A DNA stretch of 64,000 nt from Alphaproteobacteria bacterium (GCA_009784275.1 WRCA01000001.1:62404-126403), one strand, 5' to 3'; positions 52,290 through 61,271 are shown, counted from the first letter of the stretch. The notes: a model not told the origin generated them from the letters alone. Translations and numbers: made by a program.

Positions 52290-54776
52290 TTATTTTGGGA
52301 TTTTACAATCAACTTGTGATATCGAACACGGTGGCGGTTGATATAGCTGGTCAATATAGACTTCGCCATCTGTCTTCATCTTTACAATCGCACAACCTGA
52401 TGGACTGCTTACTACGTTGCATCTCACCTCTTCTGATGGTTTCTCCAGCCCTTCCGCTTCAAAGTCTATTTTTCCTAATGTGCGATCACCAGATTCAAAT
52501 AGTATAGTCAACAATTCAGAAGAGAGATATCCTGACAAAGTGAATCTATAGCCATTCTGCCAAGTTGAAGCCCAGGCGTTTTCAAAATGCCCTTTATCAA
52601 AACCTGCATCCCAGTCTTTTTCCTTTTCTCCAAGATCAACGGTTTCACCATCACAAGGACATGTTCCCGGGGGGCCAGAAGGTCCCGTCGGTCCCATTGG
52701 GCCTGTTGCACCGGTGGAACCATTCGCTCCTGCTGAACCTTGTGGGCCGGCGGGGCCTTGCGGACCTTCCACGCCATTCAAAGCCAGATTAGTAACAAAC
52801 TCTGAAAGACTTGTGAACTCGGATTGAAGAGTTGTGAACTCATTCAAAAGATTATTGAACGTTTCTATATCAACATAAGGACCGCCTTCGCATGTTTCGC
52901 ATGTGCCAGGTTCGCCGTCATTACCTTTATCGCCTTTCAAGTCATCTTTTGTGAGATTCAGATTCTTCCATTCTTCATCGCACGGTTCCATCTTATACTG
53001 AATCGTTCCATCTTCGTTCATATGCATTTGAAAATTCATGCCATCGCAAGGATCCCCTGTCCCGCCTGTTCCCGGGGGTCCGGGAGGCCCTTGGACACCT
53101 TCGCATATTTCACATGCGCCGATATCCCCCTGATCGCCTTTTGCACCATTTGCACCGTCCGCACCTTGCGGACCTTGTGTTCCATCTGCGCCTTGGACAC
53201 CTTGCGGGCCAGAATCACCTTGTGGTCCGGGTATTCCGATGCCAGCCCCATCCGCACCTTGCGCGCCTTGTGTTCCGTCTGCACCTTGGGCACCAGTGAC
53301 ACCCTGCGGACCAGCGCCCCCTTGGTCGCCTTGCGTGCCATTCGTACCTTGATTACCTTGCACACCGGCCGTACCTTGGGTGCCCGTGGTGCCCTGTGTA
53401 CCGGCTGTGCCTTGGTCACCCTTTACCCCTTGTGGGCCTTCGGGACCGGGTATTCCAATGCCTTCCCCATCTGCGCCCTGCGGGCCAGAATCACCTTGTG
53501 GGCCTATCGGGCCCCTTACGCCATCTGCACCAGTCGCACCTTGGGCCCCGGCTGCACCTTGTGGACCTTCTGAACCTGCTGGGCCTGCTGGGCCCCTCGC
53601 ACCATCTGAACCCGGTGTACCCGGTGTTCCTGCCGCGCCGGTTGCGCCCTGTGCCCCTGCTGCACCCGCCGGACCCCTTGCGCCATCCATACCCGGCGCG
53701 CCTTGCGGACCTGGCTCACCCGGTGTGCCGGGTTCCCCTATCAATGATTCAAGCCACTCTTCAAAGGTTCCTTCGAATCCTTCTTCTACCGCCAGATCAT
53801 ATGCAGATTTGCCCTGTGGGCCTTGGGCACCTATTTTAAATGAACCAAACCAATTGGTTATATTGGTCCATGTGGGATCCCCGCCATCAAGCTCATACGC
53901 TGATTGTCCTGCGGAACCTTGCGGGCCTGTTGGGCCCGTTGGGCCAATCGGGCCTGTCGCACCAGCTGGACCTGGCGCACCGGTCGCACCCTGTGAGCCC
54001 GCTGGACCCGTTGAACCACCGCCGTTCCATGGAACATTTACAAACATACGCTCGCTGCCATCAAGCTGCACCGGATACATTCTGTCCGGATCCGCAATTG
54101 CGACCCCCAGTTCAGGAGTTCCGTTAATCGTAACGTCAGAGCCAAGTTTTGCACCACCACGGACTGTCACTTGGGCCAGAGGCAAAACATACGCATCAGG
54201 AATAAACGGTTTGTTCGCCAAATCATCATAATCACCGGTTTTCGAAACCTTGTGCAATTGCACGGTTCCATCAAATGACTCGGAAGGATTGGGGATCAGC
54301 GATGTAACAATCGTAGTATTCAATGTTCCTGTGGCACCGCCGCCGGCTGATCCCTGGGGACCAATCGGACCTTGCACGCCTTGCGGACCTGTTGTGCCAA
54401 TGCCAGTTGCACCTTGCGAACCTTGTGGCCCGGTGGTGCCCTGTGGGCCGCTACCGCCGCTTATGCCATCTATTATACTATAGATAAGATCTTGAAAATT
54501 GTTGAAATCGCCAAAGGTCACATAATTAGAAAGATCGACATAATCACCGCCGCCACCCCCGATGCCGCTGGGACTCGGAACCTTTACAGTGGCCCCAGGT
54601 TTTATTGCGTACGCCGTAGAACCAAGATATTTGCTGATGGTATTTGTACGTGGCGCACTGGCATTGCGCGCAACACCAGCAGTAGTGGATGCAGGAATCT
54701 TCACGGTAGCTGCCGCAACAGAGCTTGCGAATGGCGCCAACGACACCGCAAGTGCAAGCATGGAAATTCTTCTCAT
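52290..54776 (-). CDS. secreted mosaic collagen-like / tail-fibre-like protein, paralogue 3 of 3
   Basis: 828 aa sharing the N-module of paralogues 1 and 2. G-X-Y blocks are interrupted by tail-fibre-type segments (HKVSKTGDYDDLANKP, GKSAYDLAVEEGFEGTFEEWLESL), Cys knots, and a globular C-terminal domain of about 150 aa. Confidence 0.9.
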   Translation of the reverse strand: MRRISMLALAVSLAPFASSVAAATVKIPASTTAGVARNASAPRTNTISKYLGSTAYAIKPGATVKVPSPSGIGGGGGDYVDLSNYVTFGDFNNFQDLIYSIIDGISGGSGPQGTTGPQGSQGATGIGTTGPQGVQGPIGPQGSAGGGATGTLNTTIVTSLIPNPSESFDGTVQLHKVSKTGDYDDLANKPFIPDAYVLPLAQVTVRGGAKLGSDVTINGTPELGVAIADPDRMYPVQLDGSERMFVNVPWNGGGSTGPAGSQGATGAPGPAGATGPIGPTGPTGPQGSAGQSAYELDGGDPTWTNITNWFGSFKIGAQGPQGKSAYDLAVEEGFEGTFEEWLESLIGEPGTPGEPGPQGAPGMDGARGPAGAAGAQGATGAAGTPGTPGSDGARGPAGPAGSEGPQGAAGAQGATGADGVRGPIGPQGDSGPQGADGEGIGIPGPEGPQGVKGDQGTAGTQGTTGTQGTAGVQGNQGTNGTQGDQGGAGPQGVTGAQGADGTQGAQGADGAGIGIPGPQGDSGPQGVQGADGTQGPQGADGANGAKGDQGDIGACEICEGVQGPPGPPGTGGTGDPCDGMNFQMHMNEDGTIQYKMEPCDEEWKNLNLTKDDLKGDKGNDGEPGTCETCEGGPYVDIETFNNLLNEFTTLQSEFTSLSEFVTNLALNGVEGPQGPAGPQGSAGANGSTGATGPMGPTGPSGPPGTCPCDGETVDLGEKEKDWDAGFDKGHFENAWASTWQNGYRFTLSGYLSSELLTILFESGDRTLGKIDFEAEGLEKPSEEVRCNVVSSPSGCAIVKMKTDGEVYIDQLYQPPPCSISQVDCKIPK

Positions 54777-54798
54777 TCCCCATCCTTTTTGAATAGGA

Positions 54799-54850
54799 TT
54801 ATTCTCTGATAGGAAAATTATATTACAAAAGCATTTGTCCAGGCAAGCGC
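54799..54850 (-). promoter_or_regulatory. conserved upstream block shared with the 9710-12250 paralogue
   Basis: Near-identical to 12272-12322. Confidence 0.55.
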
Positions 54851-54918
54851 TTATTTCTCGATTGCCATAATTTCAATTTTTAGTATGTAAAATAAAAACT
54901 TGTCAATCCTATAAAAAA

Positions 54919-55716
54919 CTATTTTTTCCGCATTGCAATTGTAAAGATAATGCCACCCGCGATAAACATCAATGCACTTAACAACTGTCCCATTGTTAAG
55001 CCCCAGCTGGTCAGGAACCCCAGCTGTGCGTCCGGCGCGCGGAACTGTTCCGCAAATATTCTAAAGCACGCGTAAAGCATCGCAAAAATTCCGCTTAATG
55101 CACCCGTCTTTTCGCGTAGCTTTGTGAATTTCCACAAGCAGAACATTATTATAAAAAGAAGTAATCCTTCCAATGTTGCTTCATATAACGGACTAGCATG
55201 TCTTGGGACTGTATCACCCGTGCCTGCGAACACTACTCCGAATGGCTGTGTTGTTTCGCGTCCCATAACTTCCATATTTATAAAATTCGCAATGCGGCCA
55301 AAAAACAGACCGATCGGTGCGACCACTGTCAGCAAGTCCAATATAGAAAAAGTTGTTATCTTTTGTTTTCTTGCGACCAGGAATGCCGCGATAATGACAC
55401 CCAACAAACCGCCATGGAATGACATTCCGCCATTCCAGATAGCAATTACCTCCAATGGATGCGCGATAAAAAACGGCAGGTTATAAAACAGCACATAACC
55501 CAGCCGGCCGCCGATTATAACACCCAATATCATTGCAGTGAATAAATCATCAAAAGCCTTCTTTGAAGAAAGGATTTTATTCCCGCCGCGTTGTGAAAGT
55601 TTTCTGAAAATCCATGCGCCCAGCACAAATGCCGCGATATACGCCAGCGCATACCAGCGCACTGCAAAGCCCGCGATACTGAACGCCACCGGAGAAATAG
55701 GATTTATAATTATCAT
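54919..55716 (-). CDS. lgt: prolipoprotein diacylglyceryl transferase
   Basis: 265 aa. Matching segments are VRWYALAYI, GGRLGYVLFYN, HGGLLG and RHASPLYEATLEG. Confidence 0.9.
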   Translation of the reverse strand: MIIINPISPVAFSIAGFAVRWYALAYIAAFVLGAWIFRKLSQRGGNKILSSKKAFDDLFTAMILGVIIGGRLGYVLFYNLPFFIAHPLEVIAIWNGGMSFHGGLLGVIIAAFLVARKQKITTFSILDLLTVVAPIGLFFGRIANFINMEVMGRETTQPFGVVFAGTGDTVPRHASPLYEATLEGLLLFIIMFCLWKFTKLREKTGALSGIFAMLYACFRIFAEQFRAPDAQLGFLTSWGLTMGQLLSALMFIAGGIIFTIAMRKK

Positions 55717-56084
55717 TTTATCTTTTTCTTTTGGGTTATCCCACGCCCTGATTTTACTGTGCTGACAGCTTTATGCGCAGCAATGGCGACTGACTTTTTA
55801 TATTTTTCCGCAGTTCCATTTTTCATATCTATTCTTGCCTTGTATATCGGCAATCTGGCTGTTACGGCAGTCACAATTTTATTAACATGATTTCTTCGTT
55901 GTACTAATTCTTTGTTAGATCCATTGGATGTCAGTTTTGCATCAAGCAGATTCAGTTCGTTTTTATATATCTCTAATTTTCTCTTTTCAAATTCGTGTCT
56001 TTCTTTGACATCAAAACCATATCCTTCCTTTGCGCCAACTATTAAAAGTTTTTCCATTTGTTCTCTATCGCGAATACTTACCAT
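55713..56084 (-). CDS. hypothetical basic protein (123 aa)
   Basis: The ORF overlaps the lgt start by 4 nt (coupled). No motif recognised. Confidence 0.55.
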   Translation of the reverse strand: MVSIRDREQMEKLLIVGAKEGYGFDVKERHEFEKRKLEIYKNELNLLDAKLTSNGSNKELVQRRNHVNKIVTAVTARLPIYKARIDMKNGTAEKYKKSVAIAAHKAVSTVKSGRGITQKKKIK

Positions 56085-56163
56085 TATATCATCCTTTGAT
56101 TATTTGCCTTGAATTTATAGCCGCATTGTATTATATTATTCGGGCAAATTAAAGGAGAAAATC

Positions 56164-56877
56164 ATGGCAATAAAGAAAGCTGTCCCCATGCAACGATCTG
56201 CCGATAACGGCCTGGGGTTGTATCTTCAAAGGGTGTTTTCGCTGATGTTTGGCGCAGTTATGTTAACTGCGGTCGCATCATATCTGACCATATATGCTGG
56301 CGGAATTACACTGTTCGTAAATCAAGGCGGATTTTCCGCGCTGTATTACATAGTTTTGTTCGGCGGTCTGGGTCTGTCGATCTTTGCGCAGGCGCGCGCT
56401 TTTCACATGTCGCCCGCAACAGGCGGACTGCTGCTGGCTGTTTATTCCGTACTGATGGGGTTCGTGATGACTCCGTTGATTTGGGGCGCGCTGGCTGTTA
56501 ACCCAGCATCGATTCTGCAAGCCTTTGTTCTGGCATCGGTGATGTTCGGATGCATGGCTTTGTTCGGATACAAGACCGCAAGGGATTTATCTTTCTTGGG
56601 GGTTTTCCTGTTTATCGGAATGATCGGCCTTATCCTGATTGGACTGGCGTCAATGATTTGGCCGCTGGGAGGAACCTTTGCAACAATCGTTTGTGCGATT
56701 GGCGTTTTGGTTTTCGCATTATTCACCGCATACGATATGCAATTCCAAAAGAAAGCATATGCGGCCATGGGCGATGAAACACAAAAGAATCAGCTGGCGG
56801 TTTTGGGTGCGCTGCACCTTTACATCAGCTTTATCGCAATGTTCCAATATATCTTGAGCTTACTGAATAGGAGATAA
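56164..56877 (+). CDS. BAX inhibitor-1 / YccA-family membrane protein
   Basis: 237 aa with seven hydrophobic segments. The N-terminal YLQRVFSLMFGAVMLTA and the C-terminal LGALHLYISFIAMFQYIL fit the family pattern. Confidence 0.8.
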   Translation: MAIKKAVPMQRSADNGLGLYLQRVFSLMFGAVMLTAVASYLTIYAGGITLFVNQGGFSALYYIVLFGGLGLSIFAQARAFHMSPATGGLLLAVYSVLMGFVMTPLIWGALAVNPASILQAFVLASVMFGCMALFGYKTARDLSFLGVFLFIGMIGLILIGLASMIWPLGGTFATIVCAIGVLVFALFTAYDMQFQKKAYAAMGDETQKNQLAVLGALHLYISFIAMFQYILSLLNRR

Positions 56878-56879
56878 TC

Positions 56880-57053
56880 GTGACTTTTAAAATTGATTCA
56901 AATAAATGTCAGTCCTGTGGGGCTTGCGTGGGAGGATGCCCGATGGGTGCAATCATCGCGGCCGGCGGGAAATATAAGATAGACCAAAGTATTTGCGCAG
57001 GATGCGGGATGTGCGTCCGATCTTGCCCCGTTGAAGCGATTGTGGAGGAATAA
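56880..57053 (+). CDS. 2x[4Fe-4S] ferredoxin (57 aa), below ORF-track cutoff
   Basis: A GTG start lies 6 nt after SD AGGAG. The translation is VTFKIDSNKCQSCGACVGGCPMGAIIAAGGKYKIDQSICAGCGMCVRSCPVEAIVEE, with two CxxCxxCxxxCP motifs. A terminator follows. Confidence 0.78.
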   Translation: MTFKIDSNKCQSCGACVGGCPMGAIIAAGGKYKIDQSICAGCGMCVRSCPVEAIVEE

Positions 57054-57080
57054 AAAAGCTGGGGCTTCCCAGCTTTTTCT
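57052..57080. terminator. bidirectional intrinsic terminator
   Basis: aaaaaAGCTGGGgcttCCCAGCTtttt. Confidence 0.75.
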
Positions 57081-57668
57081 TTAGAAGTTAACCAGTACGG
57101 CGCCACCAACAAAGTTATAGCCGCCATTAATCGAAGTTAAACCCCCATTATCAAAATGATGAGTATAAATTTCTGCGGACCAGCGCTGTGAAATCCTGTA
57201 TCCAAAAAACAGTTTTGACCCGAACATAAACAATGAATCTTGGCGATCCCTGGCATAATCTGGCTTTATAAATCCACCCAAACCCGCACCAAAATAAAAA
57301 CCACAAAGCTGCAACAAAGCAACATCCCAGCTTAATCCTGCAGCAGGCAGTGTTCGAACATCAACATCTCCGTGTCTCCAGAAAAGCGTCGCATGAACAT
57401 TTTGTCGCGCAGGAAGACGAAAGAACTCGAACGGTTGACTATATTGAAATGCAATTTGTTCAAATGGTTCAGACTGCCAGTTTTGGTTTGGCAATACCCT
57501 GAGAATAGGTCCCGGTCCGACACTGTGGCCTATATAAAGCCCTAATTGATTCTTATAGTTTCCAAAGAATGGATTATCTCTTTTTTCTGACTTACTGGCA
57601 ACTGCGGGCACGGCAATAAACACAAACAATAAAAATACAAATAATTTTCTCATCTCTCTTTTCTCCAT
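57081..57668 (-). CDS. PagL-like (acyloxyacyl hydrolase family) outer-membrane beta-barrel, paralogue c (HFDNG variant)
   Basis: About 190 aa with a signal peptide. It is colinear with the two upstream paralogues and ends ...VLVNF. The putative catalytic motif reads HHFDNG instead of HFSNG. Confidence 0.6.
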   Translation of the reverse strand: MEKREMRKLFVFLLFVFIAVPAVASKSEKRDNPFFGNYKNQLGLYIGHSVGPGPILRVLPNQNWQSEPFEQIAFQYSQPFEFFRLPARQNVHATLFWRHGDVDVRTLPAAGLSWDVALLQLCGFYFGAGLGGFIKPDYARDRQDSLFMFGSKLFFGYRISQRWSAEIYTHHFDNGGLTSINGGYNFVGGAVLVNF

Positions 57669-57669
57669 T

Positions 57670-58233
57670 TTAAAAATTATATGACACCCCTAGTCCAAAA
57701 GTATTCATTCCACAATTTAGCTCTGATAAATGTCCATCTGAAAAATGCAAGAATAAAAGCTCTATATTGAAATCTCCAAAAGAATAACCTGCGAATCCGC
57801 GGACTCCGAACATAAACCGAGCATTTACAAAATCATTCTTATGTTCTTTGACATAAGGCCCAATTCCACCACCAACATAAAATCCGCCAGCCTTCCAAAA
57901 TGCGACTTCTTGGGTAATACCAACACCGAATTGAGAAATGTTTTTATTTTCGCTTACGCCATAAAACCTCAATTCTGCCACCGGTTCTAATAACTTCGTA
58001 GTTCCCGAAATATATAAAAGATGAATAGCACGGCGGCCTTCTAGTCTGAAAAATGTATTCGGCTGGGTATAGCTGAACTGAAAATTGAAAACAGTTTTGG
58101 AAAACCGATCTGTAATATCGTAAGTAGCTTCTAAACGCAGCGAATTCTTTTGGTCACCATGCATCACATTGCTTGCCTGCGCGCTGAAACAAACAAGGCA
58201 AAAAACTAAAAAACTGCCGATTTTTCTGAACAT
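57670..58233 (-). CDS. PagL-like outer-membrane beta-barrel, paralogue b (HFSDG)
   Basis: 187 aa with a signal peptide, the motif LHFSDG, and a C-terminal ...GVSYNF. Confidence 0.6.
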   Translation of the reverse strand: MFRKIGSFLVFCLVCFSAQASNVMHGDQKNSLRLEATYDITDRFSKTVFNFQFSYTQPNTFFRLEGRRAIHLLYISGTTKLLEPVAELRFYGVSENKNISQFGVGITQEVAFWKAGGFYVGGGIGPYVKEHKNDFVNARFMFGVRGFAGYSFGDFNIELLFLHFSDGHLSELNCGMNTFGLGVSYNF

Positions 58234-58298
58234 TTTGCATTTTTACATAAATGCAATTGGCAAATCTATGGGAACAATTTCTTCAACCAGCGCGGAGA

Positions 58299-58895
58299 TT
58301 AAAAATTATACGCGACGCCAAGTCCCCAGAAATCATAACTATTATTTTCTGTGCCTGTGTCGCCATTAGAAAAATGCTGCATGACCAGTTCAAGATTCCA
58401 ATTCTCGGTCATTTTATATCCCGCGAACAAACGAAAACCTATCAAGAATTTTGTATTTTCGCGTTCATTCTGTCTGCCCTGCACAGCCAATCCCATGCCT
58501 GTGCCAAAATACCAGCGCTCTGTATTATACAGCGCCACATCCTGGGATAGCATAAAAATCTCGGCCTCATAGTCCCGCCAGTTACACGCATAATATCGAC
58601 ACCCGCCACCGTAATTACTTCTTCCAAACCCCAATGTCTTCACGGCATTTATAGATTGCCGCGCAGGTAGTCTGAAAAAAGTCGTCGGCTGTGAATACTG
58701 CAAGTTCATCATGTAATACGGCGCCGGATGGTTGAGATGCTTGAACGCGATAAGTTCCCCGGAATCAAATCCCTGCCCGATTGTTAACATAATTTGATTT
58801 TTATACTCGCCAAAAAACGGATTCCCCGCCTGGGCGTTTGCACCAAGCGCACAGAGCACTATAAAAAAACTAACTTTTCTAAACATATGTGACAT
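58299..58895 (-). CDS. PagL-like outer-membrane beta-barrel, paralogue a (HFSNG)
   Basis: 198 aa with a signal peptide, the motif QHFSNG (His-x-Ser as in PagL), and a C-terminal ...GVAYNF. Confidence 0.6.
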   Translation of the reverse strand: MSHMFRKVSFFIVLCALGANAQAGNPFFGEYKNQIMLTIGQGFDSGELIAFKHLNHPAPYYMMNLQYSQPTTFFRLPARQSINAVKTLGFGRSNYGGGCRYYACNWRDYEAEIFMLSQDVALYNTERWYFGTGMGLAVQGRQNERENTKFLIGFRLFAGYKMTENWNLELVMQHFSNGDTGTENNSYDFWGLGVAYNF

Positions 58896-58993
58896 CTACA
58901 TATTATACCAAATCATCAAGCCTTTGGGAATAATTTCTTTTATTGATTTTCTGCGTAAATTCTGTAAAATCTAAATGATAAAGGATTATTTAA

Positions 58994-60346
58994 ATGGTAA
59001 CCATCAATGATATTGTCGCATTATGCAAGCGCCGCGGGTTCATCTTTACAGGTTCTGAAATTTATGGCGGAATGGCGGGAACTTACGATTACGGCCCTTA
59101 TGGGGTAGAGCTGATGAAGAATATCCGCGATGCGTGGTGGCGCGCGATGGTGTATGAACGCGACGATGTCGAAGGTTTGGATGCTGCGCAGATTTCAAAC
59201 CGATTGATGTGGAAATACAGCGGGCACGAGGGAACTTTCGGCGACATGATGGTGGAATGCAAAAAGTGCAAGCTTCGCATGCGCCAGGACAAGATGGCCG
59301 ACCAGACAAAATGCGATGTCTGCGGATCCAAAGATTTGACGGAACCCCGCGTTTATCAGGTAATGATGGGACTTTCCATAGGTGCGACCATGGATGGCGA
59401 AATCAACGCATACTTGCGGCCGGAAACTGCGACGACCACGTTTACTAATTTCAAAAATGTTCTGGATTCAGTGCCTCATAAGCTGCCTTTTGGAATCGTC
59501 CAAAATGGCAAGGCTTTCCGGAATGAGATTTCTCCACGCGGATTTGTTTTTCGTATGCGGGAATTCGAGCAAGCAGAACTGCAATATTTTGTTAAGCCGG
59601 GCGATGATGAAAAACAATACGAAGAATGGAAAGCCACGCGCATGGCATGGTGGATAAATGAATTGGGAATCCCGGCGAAAAAGCTGCGTTTCCAGCCACA
59701 TGAAAAACTGGCGCACTATGCCAAGGCGGCCGAAGACATAGAATACGAATTTCCGGACGGATTCGACGAAGTCGAAGGAATTCACAACCGCGCCGATTTC
59801 GATCTGGGTTCACATACTAAATCCCAAAAAGAATTCGATATAAAATCGACAGTACCAGAGAATAATGAATCGACGATGAAACTGTCGTACAGCGATCCGC
59901 AGACGGGTGAAAGCTTTATCCCGTATGTGATCGAAACCGCGATGGGGGTAAATCGGTGCATGTTCGCAGTTATGCTGAATGCTTATACCGAAGAAGATCT
60001 GGGCGACGGAAAGACTCGTACTGTTTTAAAATTGAAGCCACGCTTGGCGCCGGTAAAGGCCGCGGTTATTCCGCTGGCGCGCAATGTGCCAGAGTTACTG
60101 AACCGCGCGAACGAAATTGTAGCGGACTTGCGCAAGTTGGGACTTGGCCGTATAGAAATGGAAAATTCTGGAAACATTGGAAAAAATTACCGCCGGCATG
60201 ATGAGATTGGCACGCCGGTCTGCATTACTGTTGACCATCAAACTTTGGAAGACGGTATGGTAACATTGCGTCATCGCGACACGATGGAGCAAGAACGCAT
60301 CGCGATAAAAGATGTTTCTAAAAAACTGAAATCCATAATCAAATAA
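58994..60346 (+). CDS. glyQS: glycine-tRNA ligase (dimeric GlyQS type)
   Basis: 450 aa. The N-terminus IVALCKRRGFIFTGSEIYGGMAGTYDYGPYGVELMKNI and class II motifs (FRNEISPR, GIHNRADFDL) match. Confidence 0.92.
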   Translation: MVTINDIVALCKRRGFIFTGSEIYGGMAGTYDYGPYGVELMKNIRDAWWRAMVYERDDVEGLDAAQISNRLMWKYSGHEGTFGDMMVECKKCKLRMRQDKMADQTKCDVCGSKDLTEPRVYQVMMGLSIGATMDGEINAYLRPETATTTFTNFKNVLDSVPHKLPFGIVQNGKAFRNEISPRGFVFRMREFEQAELQYFVKPGDDEKQYEEWKATRMAWWINELGIPAKKLRFQPHEKLAHYAKAAEDIEYEFPDGFDEVEGIHNRADFDLGSHTKSQKEFDIKSTVPENNESTMKLSYSDPQTGESFIPYVIETAMGVNRCMFAVMLNAYTEEDLGDGKTRTVLKLKPRLAPVKAAVIPLARNVPELLNRANEIVADLRKLGLGRIEMENSGNIGKNYRRHDEIGTPVCITVDHQTLEDGMVTLRHRDTMEQERIAIKDVSKKLKSIIK

Positions 60347-60373
60347 AAAATCGTGGCAATCGCCACGATTTTT
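60345..60373. terminator. bidirectional intrinsic terminator
   Basis: aaaaaaTCGTGGCaatcGCCACGAtttttt. Confidence 0.75.
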
Positions 60374-61032
60374 TATGCCGCTTTCGCATAGATTTTCTGC
60401 TGACCATTGCGCCATATGGCTTGCTGTTGGGCTTTTTGCCATAGGTCGACAATATTCGATGGCAACTGTGCCGCTTTATCAGATGTTTTCAGCGACTTTA
60501 ATGCTTCGTTCAATCCTTTCATGCCGCTGTTATAGCTGTTATCGCCAATCTTTTTATATTCTGCAATTTGATCCTGCGGCACATTCATAGGATGTTGCGT
60601 ATGCGGATGTTTTGCTATAAATTGCTGCGTTTCCAATTTTTTCTTTTCCAGATGTTTCTGTAAATATTCGATACCGGGATTATTTTTCTGCTGCTTTTCC
60701 CTTTGCGCGAATATCTGATTCAACATGTTTAGCGACTGCATCCATGCGCTTGCTAATGAAGTTCCTGGTTGCATCCAATAACGCCAAGCCAATCCAAAGA
60801 ACAGATCGCTGAAAGCATTATTTAATTTTTTTTCTATTTCAGGGGGAATAGTAGATTTCTCTGCAGGCTTTGCTTTCTGTATAGATTCTTTTTCAACCAG
60901 CCTTGTAAAAAACTCAAGTGGATTTTGGTCTTCTGGCCAGCCCCTGAAATGTTCCATCGCATCCGGGTCTTGTTTCACCAGCTTTATCAGCATAAAAAGC
61001 AGATGTTTATTTTGCGCATTTTGTTTCTTCAT
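60373..61032 (-). CDS. hypothetical protein (219 aa)
   Basis: Helical, Q/K-rich ORF. No motif recognised. Confidence 0.6.
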   Translation of the reverse strand: MKKQNAQNKHLLFMLIKLVKQDPDAMEHFRGWPEDQNPLEFFTRLVEKESIQKAKPAEKSTIPPEIEKKLNNAFSDLFFGLAWRYWMQPGTSLASAWMQSLNMLNQIFAQREKQQKNNPGIEYLQKHLEKKKLETQQFIAKHPHTQHPMNVPQDQIAEYKKIGDNSYNSGMKGLNEALKSLKTSDKAAQLPSNIVDLWQKAQQQAIWRNGQQKIYAKAA

Positions 61033-61169
61033 AGCGCGCTCCTTTGGCTATACGGGATGCTCTTTTTGCTTCCCATCTACATATAATGCACAAAGTAATT
61101 CTGTCAAGGGTTTCGATTTTCCTTTGACTTCTCTCCTATTCTCTGCAACGATTCGAATTGCCATCTTCG

Positions 61170-61271
61170 TGACATCTGCTGTTGCCAATCATGGGCGGTG
61201 GAAAGATGACATCTGCTGTTGCCGATAACGGGCGGCGGGAAATCCAATTGTTGCCGATAACGGGCGATTGG
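61170..61271 (+). repeat. three direct repeats with core TGTTGCCRATMAYGGGCG upstream of the OMP gene
   Basis: Cores start at 61180, 61217 and 61249 (spacing 37 and 32 nt). The first two units are 32 nt long and differ at only a few positions. Confidence 0.7.

Noticed and set aside
61170-61271. CRISPR array
   Set aside because: There are only three imperfect repeats, with short non-uniform spacing and no cas genes. The collagen gene repeats are coding triplet repeats, not CRISPR.
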